From positions 372,001-436,000 of the forward strand of contig CDRNST010000230.1 in assembly GCA_977016875.1 (NCBI GenBank): a stretch of DNA of 64,000 nucleotides, written 5' to 3'. Numbering within the stretch: the stretch's first letter is position 1; every line of letters begins with the position of its first letter. A model generated the notes under the pieces. That model was not told where the DNA came from. It saw nothing but the letters and a program-made list of their open reading frames with translations, and did no database searches. This document shows, one piece after another, positions 1 through 13,289 of this stretch. The position numbers were made by a program, and so were the translations under genes. This DNA comes from Pavona decussata. Lineage: Eukaryota.

Positions 1-31
1 TTTGAGTTATTGAACCATTGAATTACATTAG

Positions 32-2513
32 CTATAAACACCTTTGTGAAGTGACAATGGAAAAACGAATGATCAATAGAGTCAGGGTCAACACTAAAGA
101 TTTGATAATAATAACTCTACCAAATAAAGTTAAGTCTCGGGCTTTCCACATATCCAATTTTGTTTGCAGTTTCCTTAATTTTAACATGAAATTATGTTTG
201 TCATTTTTCTTTTCATCGTATGAAATATAAACGCCTAAAACCTTAACGGGGCAACGCAACCACTTCACATTTAACGGCGTCGACCCATATCGCCTTGGTT
301 TTTTTGGTGTTGAGACGCAGCCCGGAGATGTCTGTGAAGTCGTTTACAGTTTTCAGAGAGTTCTCTGCAGAGGTTACATTATCGCAAAAAAAGTTAGTGT
401 CGTCCGCTAATTGGCTTATTTTAATCTCATTTCCAAAGATCGTTATTCCCTTGATATCTCTACTATGGCGAATCTTGTTGGACAAGATTTCCGCAGACAG
501 TACAAATAGATACGGGGAGAGAGGACAGCCCTGCCTCACCCCCTTGGACAATTTAAACCAATTTGTTGCAAATCCATTGTTGATCACTGCACTCTCGATG
601 TTCGAGTAGAATACTGTTACCCATTTTCTGAGGCTCGCTCCAAAAGTGAAAGTATTTAACACTTTTATTATCAACGGCAACTCTAAAGAGTCGAACGCTT
701 TGTTGAAGTTAAGCAAAAGTAGAATTCCTCCTTTTTTTTCGATTCTAGTGTGTTCCATTACGTCATTAAGTCTAATATTTTCACCAATGTATCGTCCTTT
801 TATAAAACCAGTTTGGTCAGTGTGTACAAGGATGGAGAGAACTGTTTCTAATCTTTTAGCGATTGCTTTGGATGCTATTTTGTAATCAGTATTTAGTAGA
901 GTAATGGGCCTCCAGTTAGAGAGCGTTGACAAAGGACCGTCCTCTTTCGGAAGGAGAGTAATTACTCCTCTCCGTTGCGAGATGGAGAGCTCACCCAATT
1001 CGTAAGCGGCTTTTAAACTTGCGACAAGATCAGCACCCAACAGTTCAAAGAAACATTTGTAAAATTCAACTGTGAATCCATCTTCTCCCGGAGATTTTTC
1101 ATTTTGAAAGGTTTCAAGCGATTTTTTACATTCTTCATAAGTTAAAAGGCCTTCGCACTTCTCTCGATCATCCTCTGAGAGACGCGGCATATTTAAATTT
1201 TCAATAAATTCGTTGTATTTTGTTTCAGAAAAGGATATGTTGGACGTATAGAGGTCCTTAAAGAAGGACTCAATTTTGTCTAGAATAGATTTTCATCCTT
1301 TATTGCGCTGTCATTCTCGGTTATAAGTTCAGTAACGATTTTTTTATTGTGATTCTTTTTCTCTAAGTTAAAAAATTATTTAGTTGGGCGTTCTCTGTTC
1401 TCCAGCCCACGGCAGTTCGATCGAAACTTCGCTGCTTTTCCTTTTTGTTCGTAAATTAACTCAAAATCCTTTTTAAATTTGGAATACTTCTCCAATTTGT
1501 TATTTATATCCGGGTGTTGGAAGTTGTTACAAATTAAATTGTCTAGTTCATCGAGCTGGCGCTTGATTTCATTTTCCTTATTATGATTCATTTGAGCCTC
1601 TCTTTTAGCAATATGATCGTCGCCGCTCTTATTTCCATTTTTAATAACTCCCAAAATAGACGTTTGTCTTCGATTTGAGATCTAAGTTCACAAGTTTGGG
1701 CATAAACGGAACGAACTGTTTTCACATAACTCTCATCAGTCAACAAGGTATTGTTCAATTTCCAAAAGCCTGGTCCTTGACTATTTTCCTTAGGCCACGA
1801 GAGTGATATCTGTACCGCTTTATGATCTGGTGCAATTGCTGGCACAATTGCACAAGTTTTAACATATTTCTCCAAATTTTTGGCGATCAAGAAGAAGTCT
1901 ATTCTTGATTTCACACCCAGCGACTTGGACTCATACGAGTACTTTCGCATTTTGGGGTATTTAGCTCGTTGGATATCAACTAAATCAAGCATTTCCATGG
2001 TTGTTAGTACAAGATGTCTATAATTGGTTGCCTTCCACGGTGCACCACCCGTTTTGTCTTTCTTTGACAAAGAACAATTCCAGTCACCGCCAATTATAAG
2101 CGTGGTAAGCTCCGATTTGTCAATTAGACACCAATTTAGTTCTTGAATAAATTCTAGTTGTTCAGACTGGCCATTAGGAGCATCGATATTGCAGAGTGTT
2201 AACTTTAACGACTTGAGAGTAGTGTTAATGAGCACTATTCTTCCTGAATTGTGTAATCTATCTTGAGCTGTAATGACGGCGCGATGAGAATGCAAACACC
2301 CTTAATATGGTGACTCCCGTGAGAGAAAATAATTTCACCTCCCCATTCGTTTTTCCAGAGCGCTTCATCATTAATATCTGAGAAAGTTTCTTGAAGAAAA
2401 TAAAACAAGGCATTTTGGTCTTTAAGATATGAAAAAATACTCCTCCTTTTGACATTGTCCCTTATTCCGCGTACATTATGGGATAAAACTGCACATTTTT
2501 CATTTGCCTGCAT
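32..2513 (-). pseudogene. LINE ORF2 endonuclease-reverse transcriptase, frameshifted
   Basis: ORFs 2235-2513, 1588-2295, 1376-1654, 243-1190 and 32-268 are consecutive APE, linker and RT segments. Confidence 0.9.
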
Positions 2514-2713
2514 TATAAATGGTATTCACTTACAAACACAACAGTAAAAATTAACACTTACCCGTCAAGGCAGCGACTTACAAAATACACTTAAACAACT
2601 AAACATACGAGGTCCCTTCTTCGATAAACCTTAGCCTGTTCCTTGGCAAAGTTAATTAAGAAATATATAGAAGGCAATAAATTATTTAACAATCTTAAAG
2701 AAGAACTACTGGA

Positions 2714-3601
2714 TTAGATATTTTTAAGATCGTCTTCTGCATAAATCCTGACAGGATTTCCATCTGGCGATGTTTTTATGTAGATTTTCCCATCTAATGT
2801 CCAACAGCTAACTAATAATCCGTCTTTACGCATTTGATTTGCCTTCATCAATACCTTTCTCCTAGAACTAGTTAAGTTTTCATTTATGAAGATACGCCCG
2901 CCCTCTTTGCTGCTGACTGCCGCCGAATAATTTGGGAAAAGCTGATGCACGCGAACGTCTTTAAGTTTTGCTCTCGATTTGTACAATTTTGATTTAACTG
3001 TGGCTGATAAATTTTACTATAATAGGTCTGATGCCTTTTTCAACTCCTTTCCTATTAAGATGATGGGTAATCTCGATGTATTCAGGCTATATTGCAACGT
3101 TGAGAGCTCCAGAGATTTTCAACACCGCCTTCTCTGTTGATTCGTAAGCACTCTCAGGGATGCCACATATCTCCACGGAATTTTTCCTTGTCTATTGCTC
3201 CAATTCATCCTGAAAATCATATAGTTCCGCTATTTCTTCGGCCTGTTCCTTGATTTTATCTCGAGCCTGGCCAAGTTCTTCTTTCAGTTGTAAGTTAAGA
3301 TTCATCGTCTTCTCAAGTAACTCTTTCGTGCCATTTAATTTCCTCTTTTGAGCTTCGAATGCATTCTTCAATTCGGCTAGTTCACTGGATAATTCGTTGT
3401 TTGTTGCCAGGATAGCGGACATCTTGGACTCGGTTCCAACGAGCATATTTCTAATATCGGCCAAACTCGGCTCTTCCGCTTCTTCTCTTGTCGTTTCTTG
3501 TTGGCTGTTGGCCGCCATCAGTTTTGCCGTTTAGATTCACGTGGTTCTTCTTCTGTCGAACTACGGTCGCTGCGTTTAACCTTGCGGCCTCCTCTTGTCA
3601 T
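2714..3601 (-). pseudogene. LINE ORF1 (coiled coil + RRM/CTD-like), disrupted
   Basis: ORFs 3192-3518 and 2714-2986; IFINENLT...WTLDGKIYIK C-terminal motif typical of LINE ORF1 proteins; internal stop and frameshift. Confidence 0.75.
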
Positions 3602-3869
3602 TGGGGTATTAAGTTATGCTTTACGGCAATTCTCAACTTTCTAGGAGATTATGTCGGTTAAACATTTACGATTTTGCGAAGGTTTTCAGCACCGCTCAGA
3701 AAACGCGCCCTCTCGGGTCAAGTCCACGCATGGAACAAGTTAATTACCACAGTATAGAAGTATTCAGAGAAAATAAATTTCTTAACATTTATGACAAGTA
3801 TGAAATACTGGTTTTTTTTTTTTTTTGTCAAAACCTGATGCCACTTCAGTGATAGCCTTTACATGTATA

Positions 3870-4480
3870 CTTAGAACTGGACTTACCACAAATTAAGCCA
3901 AAATAATTAACCGATGAGACCTGGAGGTTAATTTAGTTTAATCTGTAGTTCAGGATTAACTGCTGGACCTACAAAATCCAACTTACCAGGCTTTTGGGAG
4001 TTTTAGAGATTTGGAATATTGAAACCTGAGCATTTAATTGATTTATTAGGTACACGCTTAACAACCAGGCTTACCAGTTATGCCTGAGGAAAACCTGGCC
4101 TACCAGGGGAAAACCAGACTAACCATTCTTTTGAGGTTGACGTTTTATTCTTCACCAGCCTTACCTGGCATTTCAGGTAGCCTTTTAGAAGACAGACTGA
4201 TAAGAAAATCCTGGGAAAACACAACTGATCAGGCTTTAGGGGTTCCGTGTTTCAGTGCAAAACCATGCTTACCAGTCTTTTAAGGTAACTTTGGACAAGG
4301 CTTACCAGAAAAGCCTGGTAAAATTAGACTTACCTGGCTTTTGACCAGGCTGGTTTTCTTGCCAAAAGCCTGCTGAGTCTAGCTAAACCAGGCTTGACTA
4401 GGCTAACCAGCCTTTTTACCAGGATTCTGTTGCCAGGGGGTAGTTGGTAAGACATTTAAACCAGGTTTACCAAGAAAGCC
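3870..4480. repeat. Degenerate repeat rich in AACCAGG/CCTGGT/CTTACCAG motifs (probable non-autonomous element fragment)
   Basis: Short motifs recur in both orientations; no coding similarity recognised. Confidence 0.45.
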
Positions 4481-4839
4481 CAGAACTGAAGTTTAATGAA
4501 GTAGTTTTAAAATTAAAAATGGCTCGGTCGTAGCAATGCTTAACAAAGTCCTTAACATTTACTACACGAACGCGGACATTCTACTTCTTCTCAAACAAAA
4601 CAACACTTTAGCTGTTTTGGTCGAAATTCCTTCTCTCCACCTAAGTCAAAGTTGACGTTCATTCTAGGTGGACGGGCTAAGAGGGAGGGGGTAGGGCATG
4701 GTGTTCTTTTAGCGTATGTATAGAGATTACAGAAAGCGGTTCAGGAAACCTAGACACTCTGGCCAAACCAGGTTTCCCAGTCCTACATTCGTTTTTGGAC
4801 ATATACTTTTTATAACTACTTTCTCAACATGATCCTATA

Positions 4840-5005
4840 TGGAAGCAGAGTGTTTGAGCCGTTGACGGTCCTGTGCTTGTAATTCGACAAGGTTCGGGGT
4901 TCAATTCCCGCTCTGATCGCTAACTAATGTTGTCAGTTTCTCCGTTGTCCCAAAATCAGCTCCTCGAACGCGCTGGTCTACCTCCAGCCTGCTGGAAGTT
5001 TTGAA
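4840..5005 (+). mobile_element. Degenerate tRNA-derived SINE
   Basis: B-box-like GGTTCAATTCCC; body loosely resembles the SINE at 13290-13440. Confidence 0.45.
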
Positions 5006-5172
5006 TTATTTGCTTGTGAAGTTTAAATGCAGGCTCTATTAGCACCTTTTTAATATACTATAAACAATACCAAGGGTAAATAAAGATTCGTACCTTGCCG
5101 TCATACGAAAATTATTATCCTTAGACGCAAGCTTAACATTCCTATTAAATTAATCTTTTTACGTCTCTCAAG

Positions 5173-8100
5173 ATTCATTATTTGATGGAACCATTCTGCG
5201 TCATCTTAAAACGGACCATGGCACCCCTGCATCCGCTGAACCAAATACTCAAGTATCACTGCAGAGAGGTGACTGTTCCCAACACGTTCGGAACTCCGAA
5301 ATTGGTAGACGAGGCGCAATTTATGGATCTACTGTTTTCGCATGGAAACACAGGAACAATGAGGCTACTTCGGGATGCACACCCATTAGCTACCTGGGAT
5401 GTGACAGATTTGAGAGCAGAAATCAAGGTACGTTTACTTCGACTCTGGAATGTGAAGAGGAGAAACCCTGAAAACGAGGTTGATAGTAAACGGGGGCATC
5501 CATCGCCGTCTTCATCTTGGTGGCACATACACTATAATTTGCTCCGACCGCTGCCATGCTTAACAAAGTCCTTAAAAGTTACCACACTAACGCAGTCATC
5601 AAAATAACACTTTGCTTAGTAAGTTATATTCGGTTGGCACACTTTAGGATTTCAGCTGCCAACAAAAAAAAGGCAAAAACACATTGCAGAGAATAATAAA
5701 CAGCATCACAGGAAAGTATTGCTCCGTAACTCTCATTTAAATGGTCACAGTTGAGGCTTTCACCCACAGAATCTCATAACGTTTAAATCAAATGGCCTTG
5801 TAACTGTCTAACAAGATAGCACGGAGCGCCGCAAATGCTACTGTCACTTGGTATGCATCGGTCATTCCGGATTCACTCAAAAGAAGGGCCAGCCAACGCT
5901 GGAAACGTCAGCCCTAGAATCTCTTTACGGGGACAAATGTACATAAAATATTCGTTTCCACTCCCCCACCGCCGCAGCACCACAGTTTCTTTAGTAACTA
6001 GTCCCCTTATGGTGATTCCGTATTGACCTTTAGACCTTGCTTTAAATCAATAGAAACGTGGACTTGATGACAAAAAACTTCTTCCATACTTCCCTTACCG
6101 AGACGATGGTGAAGTTATCTTGCGAGTTATCGAACGCGTGGTGAAAGATTACGTCGACCTGTAAGTACAAATAGTGCAGGGCTACTGTATGTATTTCGAA
6201 GTAGAAGTAACTGTACTTGAAATTAAACGTCTTATAACAGAACAGACTTCTGATTTCGGTCAGGTCCACAATAACGTGCTTCGTCTGAATATAAAATCCA
6301 CACACCATGAAACAGATAAAAGTTTTTTAAGGTCACCTGTCGAATACTTTTATTGCTTCGAGGTGTTTGGAACCCCAAATGAAGCACAAAGCCCGCCCCC
6401 CACCCCCTTTAACAAGATCACAAGACCTTTCAAGAGTCATACGTAATCAGGACCTTACTGCCCTAGCAGCAAATGTCAGTAACTGCCGGGGCTGCAACCT
6501 ATGCCGAGAATGACTAGGGTTTACATGATTTTTTGCGATTGATGTATGAAATTTTATTAATATGGTTTATGATATGTAAATTTTAATTCATTTTTTAGAA
6601 TTTTCTAGAATTTAGTTAGGTGTCCACTATTAGTAGAGGGGACTTCTCCCCTCAGCTACATTNNNNNNNNNNNNNNNNNNNNNNNNNNNNNNNNNNNNNN
6701 NNNNNNNNNNNNNNNNNNNNNNNNNNNNNNNNNNNNNNNNNNNNNNNNNNNNNNNNNNNNNNNNNNNNNNNNNNNNNNNNNNNNNNNNNNNNNNNNNNGA
6801 GAGCACTGAATATAGCTAGCCCTTAGGCAACGAAAAGAGTAATCTCGTGTTGACTGAGGAAGCCGATGCAACTTGCTATTTTGATTTGACACAATGAAGT
6901 GTTTCTCTTTAGGTACTACGAAAACGACGGAGACGTAGAGATGGACGCGGAACTCCAGGCGTACGTCAATGAATTGTCTATGGAAGGAAAGGGACCAACC
7001 GGAGGCATCGGAAGGGTGATTACGAAGTTTAATATATTTATCTATTTATCTGTTTACCTACCTACCTACCTACCTACCTACCTACCTACCTACCTACCTA
7101 CCTACCTACCTACCTACCTACCTACTTACCTGCCTACCTACCTACCCACCTACTTACCTACCTACCTACCTACCTACCTACCCTCCTACTTACCTACCTA
7201 CCTACCTACCCTCCTACTTACCTACCTACCTACATACCTACTTACCTACCTACCTACCTACCCACCTACTTACCTGCCTACCTACCTACCCACCTACTTA
7301 CCTACCTACCTACCTACCTACCTACCTACCTACCTACTTACCTGCCTACCTACCTACCCATTTACTTACCTACCTANNNNNNNNNNNNNNNNNNNNNNNN
7401 NNNNNNNNNNNNNNNNNNNNNNNNNNNNNNNNNNNNNNNNNNNNNNNNNNNNNNNNNNNNNNNNNNNNNNNNNNNNNNNNNNNNNNNNNNNNNNNNNNNN
7501 NNNNNNNNNNNNNNNNNNNNNNNNNNNNNNNNNNNNNNNNNNNNNNNNNNNNNNNNNNNNNNNNNNNNNNNNNNNNNNNNNNNNNNNNNNNNNNNNNNNN
7601 NNNNNNTCTCGCCGGTTTTTATAACATTTAAGTTAAAACGCTCAAAAGTTTTGGATCTTTGTCTTCTGGTCATAAAACTTCGGAAACAACAAGTTTCGGA
7701 CCTTTCATGTCTTAACTTCAAACGTCTTTAACAAAGTTTTTAGTCAGTCAATACAACACAAGTAATGTAAGATTGACTGATCGAAAAATTATTAAGTTCT
7801 CTTTTGGTCATATTTTAATATTCAGGTAACAAGTTTTTGTTTGTTCTGTAAAGATCACACAATGGGTTTTAGACAGAATATGTTCCAAGCGTTTTAGCTT
7901 TCAGAGATAATTTAACTGATAACAATAACTGTAAAAAGCTTAAAAATACATAACAATAATAATAATAATAATCAATTTATATAGCGATTTTTATATGATA
8001 TTCAAAAGCCCTTACAATATAAAAACGAAAAATTTGGTCAAAATCAATAAAATATAAAATTTAAGAATAATCAATCAAACAAAAAAGTAAGAAATAAAAT

Positions 8101-10360
8101 AAACAAAGTAGGGAATAATCAGATGTCATATGCTTTTTTAAACAAAAATGCCTTCAAGTGTTTCTTGAAAGTATTAGTTCTTGGCAGTCCTAATTGGCAG
8201 AGGAAGCTTATTCCACTTGGATGGACCAGCAAAAGCGAATGCTCGATCACCAAAAGTCTTACATTTGGTTCGAGGCACCTCTAACAAAGTGAGGTCATTA
8301 GATCTCAAAGAGCTTGTGATTGATGCCTTTTCCATGATGAGATCACTGACATAACGATGAGCGATACCATTTAACGCTTTGAAAACAAGTAGTAATATTT
8401 TGAATTCGATCCGAAACTCTACGGGTAACCAGTGAAGATCTTTTAGATAGGGTGAAATGTGATTAAATTTGGGTACTAGACAGACGACCCAAGCTGCAGC
8501 AATGTATGGAATTTGTTTCTAAATTAAAGCTTAATTTCCCTCTGCAAAATGCCTGGTTACTTGATTTTCTTTTTGGATTTAATAAAATTGCCCTTTCTAA
8601 GATCGGCTTTCCCCACACAGTCATAAACCGCACAAAGATACCTTTTACTGAGTAAGCACCGTCCTTGAGAAATCAGAGCTTGTCAAGCCATCCCGAGATG
8701 CACAGAACGTATGCTCAGTAGCTCAAGGAGGCATCGTCCTTACAATACATTTAAGATGGTGATGTGAATCTTGCATGGCTGCATGTTGTAGATGAATTTA
8801 TATGAAAATGAACCTACCGCACTTTGCAGCAGTAAAGCATGTCTTCATATTTATCGACAGATGTATTTTTTCAGCCAGTGATACAGGGATACTCGAAAAA
8901 TGAAAAAAAAAACTCCGTAGAAAAAAAAAAAACCTGTAACCTCGGATGCTCTATCACTGAGCAACAAGAGACTCGTGGGAGCTAAGGAGATTAAACTGGG
9001 TTTATGTGATAAACATCCTGCATACATTGTTGGACTATTATTGTTTTGATATTGTTGATGGAATCAGATCACCTTTCTCTTCAACAGATTCAAGGATTTC
9101 CTACACGCATTGATACAAAGAAAGAGCTCTGTGGTATGGTGAGCCGGATCATCTCACACTTGAGTGTGCAACACTCAGCACTTAACTACCTCCTAGCGGA
9201 CTATGCTCAGTACATCCCTAACCAACCGACCAAACTGTACAATGACACTAGAGTCAGCGAAGGGGAATATCTCTGTTTATCGACTGCCTAACAGGCTCAC
9301 TTCTGCTGTAAGTATGATATACACCGCATTTCCAAGGTTAACAGATTATGGATTTTTGAGATCAGAGGACAGTTTTTCGTATAGGCAAAGTAAACCAATT
9401 CAAAAATATAATCAAAAATGTTGTTTTCCTGCTCTGGAATGATGATTTTAAAGTATAAAAATTCTGTACTCAGAGCGCAATTAAAACTTAAAAGAGGGAT
9501 ATTTCGTTTGGATCCACCAAACTTTGTCAGCCACAATGAGAATTTGAAAGTTAAGAAGGGTTATATAATGGTCTCGAGGGAGCCAAGATGGCCCGGTCAT
9601 AGATGCTGGCTAATTCGAAGCCATTGTCTCCGTTCAAGGAGGTCGTACGTAATTTTATCTCAATTGCCTCCCTTATGCGGCGTTTGAATGTGTTACCTTC
9701 CGTGGCAAGAACTTTTGTTTTGCTGGAATTCACTGAATGACCCGTGAGCTGGCAATGTTCATAAACAGCTGACGAATTCCTAGAAAGATCCTTTACTCGG
9801 GTTTCTAATAACCGAGAAGTTTCGCCCACATAATCTTTATCATATTGTTCGCAATGGATGTGATAGACTGTTCCACACTATTTAAGATTTTCTGTTTTGT
9901 CCTTAACATGAACTAGTTGTGATCTTAAGGAATTGACAGGCTTGTGGACAAGTGTAACCTGGTGTGATAAAGTGTTTGAGCCAAGTACAGAACATTTCTG
10001 GCAGATAAAAATTGATGAGTTCCGTTTGCCTTCAATGTTCATTTTACGCTATTTGAGCTTCCGCGGATGTTTTAGATCCAGGAATTGCGTTACTGAAATC
10101 TAAATTTTTGCTTTTCACATTTTCAGATCGAGGCGAGCTTTACTAATTCTCTAGCGGCTTTCCGTTTCGATTCCTTGTTTGATTACGGCAACGAACTACA
10201 GGATAGCAAAGCTGGCAACCTCGTCAATGGTTACTATAATCACCTAATGGAAGTTGTACAGCCTCGTATGCAAGCAAGGAATGAGCGGCGGAAAACAAGG
10301 GGTGATCTGACCTACCCGTATCTTATTCCAAGATGGCTGCCAAATGGAATTCAAACCTAG
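5173..10360 (+). CDS. Lipoxygenase (arachidonate R-LOX-like), 3' part. Exons 5173-5427, 6054-6160, 6913-7015, 9088-9307, 10127-10360; apparent +1 frameshift in exon 9088-9307
   Basis: AG/GT-bounded exons with compatible phases encode HYLMEPF..LHPLNQILKYH, KRG..PYFPYRDDG, YYENDGDVEMDAELQAYVNEL, GFPTRIDTKKEL..QHSALNY..YIPNQP and YPYLIPRWLPNGIQT*, all lipoxygenase catalytic-domain motifs including the iron-ligand H and HxxxN. No 5' exons recognised in the window. Confidence 0.9.
6663..6798. other. Assembly gap (N run)
   Basis: Run of n. Confidence 1.
7055..7376. repeat. (CCTA)n tetranucleotide microsatellite in LOX intron
   Basis: Directly visible; runs into the N gap. Confidence 0.98.
7377..7606. 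other. Assembly gap (N run)
   Basis: Run of n. Confidence 1.
8110..8500 (-). mobile_element. 3' fragment of L2/CR1-type LINE ORF2
   Basis: Minus strand reads HISPYLKDLHWLPVEFRIEFKILLLVFKALNG...FGDRAFAFAGP..WN.LP, the typical C-terminus of L2/CR1-group ORF2. Confidence 0.8.
9551..9970 (-). mobile_element. Penelope-like element fragment (GIY-YIG endonuclease)
   Basis: YVGETSRLLETRVKD...SAVYEHCQLTGH...RRIREAIEI, preceded by a VYHIHCEQ motif. Confidence 0.8.
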
Positions 10361-10699
10361 TTCAGTGGTTGCAGTACAGTAATGCTATATGACTAGAATT
10401 TTTCGAGTTATAGCGCTGTAAGGATTCTGTAACCTTGGTGGAGATAATAGTGTGGGTAATAGTTGAAACGACTAATAAAATCTTTCATTCAGGTAACAGT
10501 TTCTTGAAATCAATCATTTCATTCTGACTCGTTAGTAATTTATTAATCCAGAAGTTTAAGGTGGTAGAAAAGCTTACACCGTCAATACACAATACTTAAC
10601 CAATTTCATCAGTTTAAACTGATACCCGGGAAACGATTGCCTAAAAGTTAGCAAAGTGATTGAGACGGCCGCCGCCATTGGACTTCCAGTGATAAAAGT

Positions 10700-13110
10700 C
10701 GTCGCTGCAGTGGTCTGCTCTACATTTGTTCTCTCTTCCAAGTCTTCATTCTCTTCTACGTCTCTATCAGCATGATCCCCTCTGTTACCAACGAAAAGTT
10801 CTACGGGACTAGACTCGTCTTGCTCCTTGTACTTCTTCACGAACGAAGTGTTCCGTTCAAGTTCCATTCCGGAGTCGTTCCTCACGGTGACTTGTTCTCT
10901 TGTCTTGTCAACCACTTTATCAAGGGACTTGGTTGAAAGTTTAGAGACAGCTCGTTAGTCTTCCCGGCCTTCAGAAGAACTTTATCCCCAACCTACAATG
11001 ACTTATCGGCGGCCCCTCTCTTGCTATCAGATTAAATCTTGCCACACAACTTGCTTGACACAACTTGCTCCTCTTTCTCTGACTTCCTCACTTGTAACAG
11101 AAAGTTTAGACCTCACTTCCAGGTTGAACATCATAAAATAGGGTGAGGTCCCAGTGGAACGTTTGAGGCGTAGACCTGTAGGTCATCAGGAATAATACGC
11201 TTCAACAAGACCGGTTTTGGGCGCTCCACTTCACCGTTTGCCTGTGGCCAGAGCGTGGTAATCTTACGATGCTCTATACCATTTGTTGTAAGGTACTTCT
11301 CAAACTAATCTGACACAACCTGATGAGCCTTGTCAGTTCTTAGGGAATGAGGAATGCCAAACCTCGCGAACATGGGGAAAATGATTGTAATGACTTCAGC
11401 ACTTGTGGGTTTCCCCAGAATAGCCACCTCGTAAATTCGACTGTGGTAATCAACCAAAACTAAGATACTCTCCCAAGAGGGAAGAGGTCCCATCAAGTCT
11501 ACACCGCAATATTGTCATAGTCCATTTGGGGGTACAACACGAGACAGGTTCTGGTGGACCATATCCAGCATCCATGACAAACTTTACACACCTTCTCCAC
11601 ATCTCTGTCCATCTTTGGCGACCAAACCTTGCTTCGTAAGCTATTCTTCGTCTTAACTATACCCTGGTGACCTTCATGGGCAATCTTAATGACTCGGTCG
11701 TGCAGGATCTTGGGTATGACAAACCTTGTATCACGCAGCAAAAGGTCTCCATGAACGCATAGCTCATCTTTGACATCCAAATATGAGGGCACCGTGCACT
11801 GATTCTAGTTCCAAGACTTCACGCAACCTTTCACAATAATCAGTTCTTCATCCTCATATAAGAGGTTTGCTCCATTTCTTTGGGTGAAAGTGCAACTGGT
11901 ACTGGTATACTATTCTCGACAATCGCCCTGATCCAATCGCACTCCTCACCTATTTTTAACTGGTTGTTGTAATTCAACCTCGACATTGCATCCGCGATAT
12001 TTGCCTTACCCAGACGACAAACAACTTTGAAGTCGTATGACTGCAGGAGTAGGAACCATCTTTCTATTCGCGCGCACGGCTTCGAAGTAGCCGAATAGAT
12101 GCGTTTCAGGGGCTTATGGTCGGTTTGGAAACCGACAGGAAGTGCTGTTCGGAAACATGGATGCTAGGCATCTCATACGCCCACACCAACGCTCGGGCCT
12201 CCAACATCTGTTAAGCTCCTCGATGCAAACACGATAACCCTCCAGATAGATCTATAGCTGTGTGAGTACCGCGTCTAGACCAACCAGTGACGTGTCTGCA
12301 ACGATTCGCATCCTGCATCCGACCTTGTAACACGCCAGCATGTCTGATGAGTGATCATCAATTTTAGCCTTTCGAAAGAGGTTTGGTGCTGTTCCGCACC
12401 CCAGACGAACTTGGTACCCTTTCTGGTTAGCTCTTGGACATCGATGTTAAATCAAAAACTTCGAAGATTACTGGACTAGGCCCAACGAATAGGCTCACCT
12501 CATGATCACTGGCATCCTATGGAGGTCTCGCCTCTCGGATGACTGTAATCTTCTCCTCACTAGGGTTAATACTATCACTGGTCAGTTCCTAACCGAAGAA
12601 AGTTTGCTTTGATAACCGGAACTCACACTTGTACCCATTAAGCGTCATCCCCACACCTCTCAACCTGTGCAACACTGCAAAAAGCCTTCTGCCGTGTTTC
12701 TCCACACCATTCCATGAATAATCAAATCATTGGCAAAATTCGAGACACCACAACCCCTAATCACATCTCCAACAATCCGCTCTTAATTCTCTGGGGCAGA
12801 AGTCACTTGAAACATCAGCTGCTTGTAAAGGTACAGGCTACGATGCATCACAAATGTCGATGACAAATGTTGGTGCAAACCCCACTTTAAAGCAACATGG
12901 CTGGAGACTGTGTTTCCATGTAAATCATGGAGAATTTCTTCTACGGTATAGAATTTGGTGTCTTTCTCTGGCAATTGCTTCATTAGCGCGACGTCGACTG
13001 TCTATACAAACTCTGACATCAACATCAGTCTTCAGTACAACCACTAAAGGAGAAATCCAGCCACATAGACCTTCCAGCACCTCATCTATGATGTTGCGAA
13101 AAAAAACCTG
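10700..13110 (-). mobile_element. Degenerate Gypsy/Ty3 LTR retrotransposon pol remnant (RT-RNaseH-integrase)
   Basis: WISPLVVV..DVRVCID.R.ANEAI (RT start), AHEGHQGIVKTK..LRSKVW..CKVCHGC (integrase HHCC zinc finger), GPLP..LVLVDYHSR..FARFGIP..LRTD (integrase core); many frameshifts. Confidence 0.88.
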
Positions 13111-13289
13111 AAGATAATTCATACTTGAACGCGATTTGAAAATTATGACGATGATGACGATGACGATGGTGATGATGATAATAAAAATAATAAATGACTT
13201 GAATTAAGTGTCAAAGTATTTAGCTCTGTAGTGCTAATTGGAGACACTATAAATCAGTGAAATTAATATACAAACTGGACATGACATTT

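Larger units (their letters stand above)
1..3730 (-). mobile_element. Degenerate L1/Tx1-like non-LTR retrotransposon (ORF1 + APE-RT ORF2), 3' end outside window
   Basis: Minus-strand ORF pieces in canonical order: coiled-coil ORF1 (~2714-3601, with an EQ*TRKNSVEICGIPE motif broken by a stop), APE endonuclease (2235-2513 and 1588-2295: SHNVRG, LQET, GDWN, SRIDFF, PDH) and RT (243-1190: KSPGEDG, WRPITLLNTDYK, GVRQGCPLSP, QLADD). Multiple frameshifts. Confidence 0.92.

Noticed and set aside
295-885. Plus-strand ORFs 295-609 and 646-885, and similar shadow ORFs (19996-20358, 23927-24133, 27091-27932)
   Set aside because: Antisense shadows of real RT, transposase, HECT or GPCR frames.
6899-7624. 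241-aa ORF with PTYL repeats
   Set aside because: Real LOX exon 6913-7015 read through into a (CCTA)n microsatellite and an N gap.
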